NCBI GenBank assembly: GCA_964346765.1
Contig: CAYFWB010000004.1
Coordinates: 55,512 to 119,511, forward strand
DNA length: 64,000 bases
Direction: 5' to 3'
Origin: an uncultured Candidatus Peribacteria bacterium
GTDB lineage: Bacteria; Patescibacteriota; Gracilibacteria; UBA1369
Part shown: in pieces, positions 47,818 through 56,113 of the stretch
How the letters are laid out: every line of letters begins with the position of its first letter
Position numbering within the stretch: the stretch's first letter is position 1
Notes under the pieces: generated by a model
Told to the model about the DNA's origin: nothing
Seen by the model: only the letters and a program-made list of their open reading frames with translations
Database searches by the model: none
Program-made: the position numbers and the translations under genes

Positions 47818-49239
47818 TTATATTTTTACTCCCAACTTTTCTATTTCATTTTTTATCCATTTTTCCGCTTCTTGTTCGTCTTTTTCTATTGCCATTTCTA
47901 CGCCTTGCTTGGCGATTTCAAGGAGGGATTTTGATAATTTCCTGTCGGCAAATGATTCTTCAATCAGTTCTTTGATTTCCTTTTGGTTATCTTCATTTAA
48001 AATAGGAATTATGGTTGTTTTTACTTGATCCGGTCTCCAATGCTTGATAATTGATCCGCCGGCGTACTGCTCGATTTGTTTTTGAACAACTACGGAATTT
48101 AAAACAAGCGTTAAGTATTCGGGCAATACTCGTTGGTCAATATCTTTTAATCTTAAAATACCGCCGGAAATAATCATTTTTTGCGGTTCTTCATTGAGAA
48201 AATAGGCAATACCGGGGGTTGCGTCCTTGGAAAGTAAAACCTCTCCTTTTTTAGGTTGATGTTTTTTAAAAGTCTCGTACAATTCGTCTGCTAAAAACTG
48301 CTGATTATTGGTACCTATTTCAAATTTTGAAAGATTGCTCACGCGGACAAACGGAATTCCGTTTTCTTGATATGCTTCGCTTCCCGGCTCAATACTTTTT
48401 TTAATTTTCACCAAATTTCCCAATTCATCAAATCCGTCTTTGTATTTTTTCACCGCCTCAATGATTTCTTCGTATTTCGGTTGAAAATACTCCGCATCAA
48501 AACGCTCGGCTTCTTGGGTGTCGGAAAAGTTTTTAATAAAACTCAGTTCGTGTTTCGGTCTCCAGCTGGGGAGTTCGAGTTCGGAAAGGAGTAGTTGTTC
48601 GGCTTGGGAGTAGTGTGTTTTGGAAGACTCAATTTGTTGAAAAGCATTTTTAACTATCTCAGCAATCATTTCTTGAAAAGAGCTTTTAACAATTGGAATT
48701 GGAGCTTGTCGCACTTTTTGCAATGATAACCCTTGTTGCACCATCCCTGAACTATTTCTAGTAAGCCAATCCTGCCCAAGATTACAATTCAGATAAACCA
48801 GCAAAAATTCTGGCAAGATTCTGGATTTTTTCTCTAAATCAATTCTAGCAACATCTTGATCAATATTTGCTGGTAAAATATTCTCATTAACTAAGGCGCA
48901 AAATCCAACAGTTCCTCTAGTCGAAAGAATTAAGTCATCTTTTTGCAGTGATGATCTTTTATTTTTATCATCTACCCACTTTGCAATCCTATCTGCTTCA
49001 ATATCATCTGCAAACCAATTTTTAGCATTTTTAGCGGTTAAATGCCTTATTGGAGAATCTTCATCAACTTCATGATATCCATGCTGCCCATCAGTCACAA
49101 AAGCTATATCACCAATTTTAATGTTCTCATATTTGGCAATCAATGCGTCTTCTCTTAAATATTGAGGCTTGTAATACTCAGCATCCCATCTGAATGCAAA
49201 GCTTTCTAATTCACTAAAATTTATGATTGAGTATTGCAT
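47818..49239 (-). CDS. hsdS: type I restriction-modification specificity subunit
   Basis: 473 aa with a two-TRD architecture and repeated conserved spacer helices (...QEMIAEIVKNAF... and ...QKEIKELIEESF...). It is in an operon with an N6-adenine methylase. Confidence 0.8.
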   Translation of the reverse strand: MQYSIINFSELESFAFRWDAEYYKPQYLREDALIAKYENIKIGDIAFVTDGQHGYHEVDEDSPIRHLTAKNAKNWFADDIEADRIAKWVDDKNKRSSLQKDDLILSTRGTVGFCALVNENILPANIDQDVARIDLEKKSRILPEFLLVYLNCNLGQDWLTRNSSGMVQQGLSLQKVRQAPIPIVKSSFQEMIAEIVKNAFQQIESSKTHYSQAEQLLLSELELPSWRPKHELSFIKNFSDTQEAERFDAEYFQPKYEEIIEAVKKYKDGFDELGNLVKIKKSIEPGSEAYQENGIPFVRVSNLSKFEIGTNNQQFLADELYETFKKHQPKKGEVLLSKDATPGIAYFLNEEPQKMIISGGILRLKDIDQRVLPEYLTLVLNSVVVQKQIEQYAGGSIIKHWRPDQVKTTIIPILNEDNQKEIKELIEESFADRKLSKSLLEIAKQGVEMAIEKDEQEAEKWIKNEIEKLGVKI

Positions 49240-49241
49240 AG

Positions 49242-50732
49242 TTAGTCATCTTTAATAAAAGAAATCATCTCTTGAGTAGATTGTTTTAATTCATCATCTG
49301 AATATTTATCATTTTGCGTATTTTCGGGATGATGGATTGAGTGCCTTATATAGGTTTGCAAAGCCACATCAAATTTCAAATCTTCTTTTTCCTGTTCTGT
49401 TTTATTTCCTTTTAGCTTTCTATCATCAAACCATTTTTTATTATCGTTAGTTTTCTTATTATCTAAAAATTGACCAAATTCATCCTTTTTATTCGCTTCT
49501 AAATAACCATAAAGCTCATTATGAAATTCCACTGTCGGCAAATCGTAAGCGTGCCAGTTTATTTCTCCCCAAGTCGGGCTAAATCTGCCAAAAATACCCC
49601 AGCCGTCATCTCTTGCGTCTATAATCTCTATTTCATCATTGTTTTTCTTAAAAATTGAGAGCTTTGCACCTTCCCCGATTGCTCCTTTGAACATATAGGG
49701 AGAATGAGTAGAAATAAAAATTTGTTTGTCTTTTGCTTCTTCTAAAAGCAATTCCAATAATTTTTCTTGTGCTTTTGGGTGTAAATGTAATTCCGGTTCA
49801 TCTATCAGATAGATGATTTTTCCGTCAGACGCTCCGGCAATATTTTTTAACAATAGTATGGTTAGAATAATTTCAATGCCGGATCCTAAATCTTTTACCA
49901 AAATCTGCTTAAGTTCATTGTCTTTTCTGATAGTAAAAAAGGCATTTTCAAAAGGTTGCAACAAAGGCAGTAAATCAATTTTTAGATTTTCATAATCATC
50001 ATTTTCAAAGAAGTTTTTTAAGTCTTCCGCTGTTTTTGTGCCTGCACTACTTCCAACTATTTCTTGAATATTTTTAAAAAATTCTCCGTTTATATTGTTG
50101 ACAAGATTTTGTTGGTTTTCTTCGTTTAAATTTTTTCTAAACTTCCAACTTAAATCATCAAGTATTTTTTCAAATGTGGTTTTATAGTTTCCCGTTGTTA
50201 TTTGTCTATTTCTGTTTTTATCAAAATAAAAAATATTCAAACCGTCATCTTTAATGCGGGAGTTAGAAAAAGGTTTGTCTCTTGAATCAACATCTTTTTT
50301 AGGATTATCATTTTTGTCAAGATATTTGTTATCAATTTTAAACCACGAATGGTCTTGAAAGGGGGCAGACAATAATTTATTTTTCTCTTTTGTGTCTCTG
50401 CTTTTTGCAAAAAATTCTATTCCAGACGATTTAAAGTGCCAACTACTATAATAATCAATAGAAGATGAACATTCATATTTATCAGTATCAGCAATAACTT
50501 CAATAGCTTGCTTAAAATCTTGAAAATCACTTATATTCAGTTTGTTTTGTACCGAAAAACTATTTAGCGTTAAATAATTGATAGCTTCCAGTAGGGTTGT
50601 TTTTCCATTTCCGTTTTCGCCTATCAAAATATTTAGTCCACTGCCTTTTTCACCGTTAGGAGTAGCTAAATTTTCAAAGGTTTTATCCTGAAAGCATTTA
50701 AAATTTTTGATCTGTAATTTATTGATAAACAT
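49242..50732 (-). CDS. ABC/SMC-like AAA ATPase with C-terminal Rx4H (HEPN-like) motif, embedded in the type I R-M locus
   Basis: It has Walker A GENGNGKTT, Walker B/D-loop IYLIDEPELHLHP and H-loop STHSP. The C-terminal region ends with IRHSIHHPEN (R463-H468, nt 49329-49346). Confidence 0.7.
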   Translation of the reverse strand: MFINKLQIKNFKCFQDKTFENLATPNGEKGSGLNILIGENGNGKTTLLEAINYLTLNSFSVQNKLNISDFQDFKQAIEVIADTDKYECSSSIDYYSSWHFKSSGIEFFAKSRDTKEKNKLLSAPFQDHSWFKIDNKYLDKNDNPKKDVDSRDKPFSNSRIKDDGLNIFYFDKNRNRQITTGNYKTTFEKILDDLSWKFRKNLNEENQQNLVNNINGEFFKNIQEIVGSSAGTKTAEDLKNFFENDDYENLKIDLLPLLQPFENAFFTIRKDNELKQILVKDLGSGIEIILTILLLKNIAGASDGKIIYLIDEPELHLHPKAQEKLLELLLEEAKDKQIFISTHSPYMFKGAIGEGAKLSIFKKNNDEIEIIDARDDGWGIFGRFSPTWGEINWHAYDLPTVEFHNELYGYLEANKKDEFGQFLDNKKTNDNKKWFDDRKLKGNKTEQEKEDLKFDVALQTYIRHSIHHPENTQNDKYSDDELKQSTQEMISFIKDD

Positions 50733-50812
50733 AATTTATTTCCAAAAAGATAAATCCTCACCTTTTGCCCAATCGATAAATTTTTCCGCCACACCGTCGG
50801 GCAATTCTTTGC
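50733..50812 (-). pseudogene. duplicated remnant of the hsdM 3' end
   Basis: By eye it aligns at roughly 85-90 percent identity with 52084-52163. It still encodes ELPDGVAEKFIDWAKGEDLSFWK-stop, versus ELPEGVAEKFIDWAKSENLSFWK-stop in the intact hsdM. The remnant stop lies 3 nt before the ATPase ATG. Confidence 0.85.
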
Positions 50813-50917
50813 CTGCCTGTGCGTCCTTGCACGCAGACAGACCGTGGCTTTCTTTAATTATTACATTTTTACTTTCATGATACTATTATTTTTCATGGTC
50901 TAACACATTAGACTATG

Positions 50918-50976
50918 ATTATTTTAATTATCATATTCTGTGTTTTATGATAATTATATTATTTTAATTATCATAT
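50918..50976. repeat. AT-rich repeat cluster downstream of fic
   Basis: ATTATTTTAATTATCATAT occurs at 50918-50936 and 50958-50976. The core TAATTATCAT is present at 50925-50934 and 50965-50974, and inverted at 50947-50956. Confidence 0.85.
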
Positions 50977-50990
50977 GTGATATTTACACA

Positions 50991-52076
50991 TTAAGCGACT
51001 ATTTTTAACAATTTATTGAAAAAATAGGTTTTATGCCTTTCCTTGCCGTCTGAAAAAACCACATTGTTTTTTTCCAAAATTCTAATATAACGCATCGCAC
51101 TAGCCTGCGGTATTTTGGAAATCCTTATAAAATCACCACTCTTAAAAATCGGCATCTCAAAAAGCGCGTCAAGAATTCTGATGCTAAATTGCGATTTGGT
51201 AAGTTCGGTTATTCTTTGCTTTTTCTGTTCGTAAAGTTCCATAATTTTTTTGGCTTTGGCGATATTCTCCTCTGATTGCTCTATAACCGCTTGCAGAAAA
51301 AAAGTTATCCAGCCGTCCCAATTATCATTTTTTGAAATATCCAGTAGTGCTTGATAGTATTCGTCCCTGTGCGATTCAAGATATTCGCTCAAATAAAATG
51401 ACGGATAGAAAATGGCTTTTTTGAAATACAAAAACAAGGGCATTATCATTCTGCCGACTCTGCCGTTGCCGTCCATAAACGGATGAATCATTTCAAATTG
51501 CGCGTGAATAATGGCTAGCTGCACAAGCAGATCCCTTTCTTCTGAGTGGATATACTTTTCCAGATTGGACATTAAATCAGCAATTTTTTCAGCAGAAGGC
51601 GGAACATAGGTTGCCTGTTCAATGTTTGCGCCGGAATTTCCGATAAATACCTGCTGTCGCCTAAAATTTCCCCTGTCTTTATTTTCGCCCCGCACTCCTT
51701 GAAGCAAAATCTCGTGCGCTTTTTTTATAACTCTTGTTGAAAGCGATAATTTCTCCATTTCATCAATGGTAGCCTTTAACGCTTTTCTATAATTTATGAC
51801 TTCTTGAATGTCTTCATATTTTTTCGTTTCTTTTTGGGGATTGGCTTCAAATTCCAAAACTTCTTTCAGCGTCGCTTGCGTTCCCTCAATACGGGAAGAC
51901 AAAACCGCTTCATTAGTAATCAACGGACTTAAAAGCACGGAAGGGTTGGGAATGTTTTGAAGTAGCGCGTCAAATCTGCCAATTTCTACATTGGCCTTGC
52001 CTATCAAATGAACAAAAGACTCCCATTTTATATTTTGAACCGGTAAATTTTTAGGTGTGTGGCTGCTGTTTGTCAT
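50991..52076 (-). CDS. Fic-family protein (AMPylase-type) with N-terminal inhibitory motif
   Basis: It has the Fic motif HPFMDGNGRVGR (HxFx[DE]GNGRxxR), an N-terminal SSRIEG matching the [ST]xxxE[GN] inhibitory helix, and a C-terminal wHTH-like tail. Confidence 0.9.
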   Translation of the reverse strand: MTNSSHTPKNLPVQNIKWESFVHLIGKANVEIGRFDALLQNIPNPSVLLSPLITNEAVLSSRIEGTQATLKEVLEFEANPQKETKKYEDIQEVINYRKALKATIDEMEKLSLSTRVIKKAHEILLQGVRGENKDRGNFRRQQVFIGNSGANIEQATYVPPSAEKIADLMSNLEKYIHSEERDLLVQLAIIHAQFEMIHPFMDGNGRVGRMIMPLFLYFKKAIFYPSFYLSEYLESHRDEYYQALLDISKNDNWDGWITFFLQAVIEQSEENIAKAKKIMELYEQKKQRITELTKSQFSIRILDALFEMPIFKSGDFIRISKIPQASAMRYIRILEKNNVVFSDGKERHKTYFFNKLLKIVA

Positions 52077-52086
52077 ATTATTAAAT

Positions 52087-54129
52087 TTATTTCCAAAAAG
52101 ATAAATTCTCAGATTTTGCCCAGTCTATAAACTTTTCCGCCACGCCTTCGGGCAATTCTCCGCCGTGGTTGTGTAAATCATGATCAATGATTAAATGACC
52201 GTTTTTATCCAGCTTGCTTAAGCCGTTCCCATTTTTTACAAACACATACTCCCCAGAATTATCCTTGCCGGATTGTTCCGATACCGCAAAGAAAATCGGA
52301 TAATCTTCCTTTTTCGGGCAAAGTTCATCATCCCACTTTTGCACAAAAAGCACACTGGTTTTGGTGCCAGTATGTGGTTTAAAAGTATTGACATGCAATC
52401 CGACCACCGCCAAAATTCTGGCTTTCTCAGCGATATACTCACGGATTCTTTTGTCCGAGGTGTTATTAAACCTGCCTTGCGGTAACACAATCGCCATTCT
52501 TCCGCCGGGCTTTAAAAAGTTTAGATTTCTTTCAATAAACAAAATATCTCTGCCGACTTTTGATTTTGGCTTGTTTTTGTCGTTGTAGCCAAGATCATAC
52601 TTGTGAATAATGCGAGATTCTTTGATATCGCCGGCAAAAGGCGGATTCGCCATGAGAATATCAAAGTTAAATTCTTTGTAAGAATTGGGGTCGTCTTGCA
52701 ATCTTTCCAAACGATTCAAGCCTGCTCCGTAGGTATCCAGCCAATTGCGGTTTTTTATCGTTTCATTCCAGCGGTCATAATCTAAATTATTCAAATGCAA
52801 AACATTAGTGTTGCCGTCCCCGGCGATGAGGTTGAGCGTTCGAGCGACACGAACGACTTTTTCATCAAAATCAATTCCGAATATTTTTAAGACATTGTCT
52901 TTTTCGTGTTCTGGTACTTCCGCATTTTCAAATAGATGCCCGGTAATATGAAAAATAGTGTGTACCGGAAAACCGCACGAACCAGCCGCCGGATCTATCA
53001 TATATTCTCCGGGTTTTGGATTGAGCATTTTAACGCACATATCAATCACATGGCGAGGCGTGAAGTATTGCCCTTTTTCACCTTTTGAGGATTTATTGAC
53101 CAGATACTCAAACGCCTCATCAATAATTTGTAAATTGGAGTTAAACAGTTTTATATCCTGAAAACCCGAAACACTGACGGATAAATGCGAAGGAGAAAGT
53201 TGGATTTTTGAGGATTCATCAAAAACACCCGACCATTTTGTTTTGGCCTTATCAAAAAGTTTTTGGATTTTGGTTTTGAGTTCCGATTCGGATTGCCCCG
53301 TATTTCTAAACTCCAAAACGCGAAAATCGGAATCATCAAAAGTTTCCAAATATTCTTTTATTTTGACATAATCTCCGCGATCTTCTTCGGAAAGCTCTTT
53401 GTGTAAAAATCTTTCAATAAACTTTTTATCATCGCGACTTTCCAATTCGTCATACAGTTTGGTAAAAATCAGTTTAAACACTTCTTCAAACACATCCACT
53501 CCAGCATTTGCCAAAACTTCATCTTCCATTTCCTGAATAATGGTTTTGAGCGACTTTCCCTCGTTTGGAATCTTGTCTTTGATAATTAAGTCTTTGAGGG
53601 TAAATCTTTCTTTTAAAATATCTTCAAGTGTTTGGTCAGCTTTGGGAATATCGGTGATGTCTTCAAAATAATTTGGGTCTTTGCGGTGATATTGGGAAAT
53701 TTGTCCGCCATTAGTCCAAACGGCGATTGGTGCTCCTGTTGCGTTGGTGTATGAACGGAGTTGATTTTTTCCGTCTTGAAGCTTTGGCTTTTTGATTTCG
53801 ATGATGATGTATTCAACTGTCGGGCGGTCTTTATCAAAAATAACGATATCGGCGGATTTTACTTCACGTCCAAAATGAATGGCATGTTCAAATGTAATTC
53901 TTTGCTTTTGGTAGCCGTATTCTTTGAGTAATTTCATTGTATAGAGCTGACGGACAACTTCTTCAGGTTTTAGAAGAATCTCTTTATCACGAATAGCACA
54001 AACAATATAAAATTTGCCGTTCTTTTCGATTATTTTGTTTTCCAATTCCGAAACCAACTTTTCATCAAACAATGCAAAGCTGTAATTGGAATCTTTGAAT
54101 ATTTGCTGTAATGTATTCATTTTTTCCAT
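52087..54129 (-). CDS. hsdM: type I R-M N6-adenine DNA methyltransferase with HsdR_N-like N-terminal domain
   Basis: It has SAM motif I IDPAAGSCGF and catalytic motif IV NPPF (ILMANPPFAGD). The N-terminal 130 aa resemble the type I R-subunit N-terminal (PD-(D/E)xK-like) module (ADIVIF...IIIEIKKP). Confidence 0.85.
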   Translation of the reverse strand: MEKMNTLQQIFKDSNYSFALFDEKLVSELENKIIEKNGKFYIVCAIRDKEILLKPEEVVRQLYTMKLLKEYGYQKQRITFEHAIHFGREVKSADIVIFDKDRPTVEYIIIEIKKPKLQDGKNQLRSYTNATGAPIAVWTNGGQISQYHRKDPNYFEDITDIPKADQTLEDILKERFTLKDLIIKDKIPNEGKSLKTIIQEMEDEVLANAGVDVFEEVFKLIFTKLYDELESRDDKKFIERFLHKELSEEDRGDYVKIKEYLETFDDSDFRVLEFRNTGQSESELKTKIQKLFDKAKTKWSGVFDESSKIQLSPSHLSVSVSGFQDIKLFNSNLQIIDEAFEYLVNKSSKGEKGQYFTPRHVIDMCVKMLNPKPGEYMIDPAAGSCGFPVHTIFHITGHLFENAEVPEHEKDNVLKIFGIDFDEKVVRVARTLNLIAGDGNTNVLHLNNLDYDRWNETIKNRNWLDTYGAGLNRLERLQDDPNSYKEFNFDILMANPPFAGDIKESRIIHKYDLGYNDKNKPKSKVGRDILFIERNLNFLKPGGRMAIVLPQGRFNNTSDKRIREYIAEKARILAVVGLHVNTFKPHTGTKTSVLFVQKWDDELCPKKEDYPIFFAVSEQSGKDNSGEYVFVKNGNGLSKLDKNGHLIIDHDLHNHGGELPEGVAEKFIDWAKSENLSFWK

Positions 54130-54332
54130 AGTGTTTTAATAAGTCCTGAATTAGTTTTATTGTATCCGTTTTCCCCTAAAATTAAAATTATTTTCGGAGC
54201 GATAGCGGAGAAAACACTATATTTCCCCTTTTTCCCTCATATAATAAAGAAAAAATTTGTTTTGATTCCTTATTCTTAAAGCGAAGCGGGAAACCTCCTA
54301 AAAAGATAAAAAATGTATGTCACACAACGTTC

Positions 54333-54398
54333 CTGGCTATGCGATGTTGCGACCGTAGGGAGCAATATGGGTGGAGCGAAGCGGAATCGCATAGCCAG
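54333..54398. repeat. 13-bp perfect stem hairpin with 40-nt loop, just 3' of the HNH gene
   Basis: CTGGCTATGCGAT (54333-54345) pairs with ATCGCATAGCCAG (54386-54398). The loop is relatively GC-rich. Confidence 0.85.
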
Positions 54399-54399
54399 T

Positions 54400-54418
54400 G
54401 TTGTACGATGAGCTGGCC
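54400..54418. repeat. inverted repeat, arm 1, flanking the HNH gene
   Basis: The reverse complement of GTTGTACGATGAGCTGGCC matches 55916-55934 at 17 of 19 positions. Confidence 0.8.
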
Positions 54419-54471
54419 AATCCCGTTTTGTATTGCTGAATTTTGAGTGAAGCATTAAGAAATTATACAAA

Positions 54472-55887
54472 TCAATTTCCTTCTTTAATAGAATGTGGAA
54501 GATTAGTTTTGCCTCGGTTACATTCTTTGCAGAGTGTTTGCAAATTATCTTCTGCAGTTTCTCCACCAGTTGAATAAGGAATTATGTGATCAATCTCAAG
54601 CACGACCTCATCTTTCATAGGACTTTTGCCACATATTTTGCAAGTAAAATTATCACGTCTAAACACACGAAATCGAAGTGTTGGCGTAATGGTTCTGCCG
54701 GTTGAATGTTTAATAATAATCGAAGAATTATTATTACTTAGTTCGTTACTTTTTGTGATAGGAGCTTTGGTGGCAGGTGTTGCTTGTAGTAATGAAGATT
54801 GAATCATTTCTGTTATTTCTGGTTCTGTATCGGAGGAGGTGTCATTGTTTCTATCTTCACAAAAGGCATGTATTGCCTTTGTCCAACTGCCGAACAGTTT
54901 TGCATAAACTTTTGGCGATATTTTCCCCAGTTTCCACATCTGAACCTGCGTTGGTTGCTTTCCAAACTGTTCCCACAATCGTTGAATTTCATTGAATAAA
55001 TCATTTTTTGAGTATCTTGATTGTTCACCAGAAACCCCACCTACTGCATTAACTGCCTTAGTCCAACTGCCAAAATGTTTTACAAAAACACCCTTACTAA
55101 AAGTTCCACCATTTGACTTGTATGGATCATATTTAATAATATCTCCAGGGAATTTTCGTTGAAATTCTCGCAACTCGTTAAGTAATTCACCTTTCGTTAG
55201 AAGAGGCCCTGAACAAGAAGAATGCCACTCAACACTTAGACCTTTCTTTTGGCAAAAAATTTCTATCGCTTTTGTCCATGTGCCAAATCGCGATATGTAA
55301 ATTGTTATTCCATACTTTGATGCTTGCGAAAACTCATCATAGGTTGGTCGACCGTGCTTTGCTTGCCATACTCGATCAATTTCATTAAATAAATCTTCTT
55401 TTGTTAGGTTCGCAAGTAAATTACGTCTTTGTGAATGTGGACTTACAACTGTATGAATAATTCTTTGCTTTTTCATCGCATTTATTTTTTGCATTACATC
55501 TTTCCAGTTTTGCACATTAAATCCTTTTAGAATAGTTGCGGGACTATAAAGTCCACCATTTTTTTTATAAAAGTCTTGCGTAAAGGAATAACCATTTGAT
55601 CGTTCGAGTACAGCTTTAAGATTCCCTGTAATCTGATTTAAAGGGATTCTGGGCAGTGCTGTTTGTCTATGAGAATTAAAACCAGCTTGCTGTATTGCTT
55701 TTTTATAGGTGCCAAAATATTTTGCTATAGTCGGGTGTTTGACGCGTGAAAATTTTTCAAAGTTATTTCGATTTGGTGTAACTCCGTTGAATACATCATT
55801 TACAACACGTTGGATTTCTTTAATTATTTCTGATTTTGAGTAATTATGTAATCTGCTGGGATTAAATTGTTTCGGATTATTTTGCAT
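54472..55887 (-). CDS. HNH endonuclease with five N-terminal homing-endonuclease-associated repeats
   Basis: The C-terminus has CKICG...EIDHIIPYS.GG....NLQTLCKECN (the HNH motif). Upstream are five modules ending in FG(S/T)W(T/K)KA-type motifs. Confidence 0.85.
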   Translation of the reverse strand: MQNNPKQFNPSRLHNYSKSEIIKEIQRVVNDVFNGVTPNRNNFEKFSRVKHPTIAKYFGTYKKAIQQAGFNSHRQTALPRIPLNQITGNLKAVLERSNGYSFTQDFYKKNGGLYSPATILKGFNVQNWKDVMQKINAMKKQRIIHTVVSPHSQRRNLLANLTKEDLFNEIDRVWQAKHGRPTYDEFSQASKYGITIYISRFGTWTKAIEIFCQKKGLSVEWHSSCSGPLLTKGELLNELREFQRKFPGDIIKYDPYKSNGGTFSKGVFVKHFGSWTKAVNAVGGVSGEQSRYSKNDLFNEIQRLWEQFGKQPTQVQMWKLGKISPKVYAKLFGSWTKAIHAFCEDRNNDTSSDTEPEITEMIQSSLLQATPATKAPITKSNELSNNNSSIIIKHSTGRTITPTLRFRVFRRDNFTCKICGKSPMKDEVVLEIDHIIPYSTGGETAEDNLQTLCKECNRGKTNLPHSIKEGN

Positions 55888-55915
55888 ATTTTTGGTATTA
55901 TATATGAGTGTTTTC

Positions 55916-55934
55916 GGCCAGCTTTTCGTACAAC
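55916..55934. repeat. inverted repeat, arm 2, flanking the HNH gene
   Basis: GGCCAGCTTTTCGTACAAC lies 29 nt upstream of the HNH ATG and is the partner of 54400-54418. Confidence 0.8.
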
Positions 55935-56113
55935 TATTTATTATACGAACAAAAGAACAATATTCTATTATTGCTCTTTGTCAATTTGTAGTTAATCCTC
56001 CTAGACCTTCGGCTCAATCATAGCCTTAATCGTCATCACATCAACAATTGTTGATCTCTCCGTCTCCGCCAACTTCATTGTTATGAACTTAACGTTGTTC
56101 TTAAGGTAGGGGA

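Noticed and set aside
54370-54415. A possible hammerhead ribozyme core (GATGAG ... CGAAGC) near the HNH 3' hairpin.
   Set aside because: The conserved CUGANGA box is not present: the sequence reads ACGAUGA. The helices required around the core cannot be drawn.
54276-54566. A 96-aa minus-strand ORF downstream of and overlapping the HNH gene.
   Set aside because: It overlaps the HNH C-terminus out of frame, and the rest covers the hairpin/inverted-repeat region. It has no domain-like sequence.
55935-56113. A small minus-strand ORF (…FITMKLAETERSTIVDVMTIKAMIEPKV-stop) between the DUF2130 and HNH genes.
   Set aside because: It has only 24 codons from its ATG and no recognisable motif. It could be a gene stump, but I cannot support that from sequence alone.
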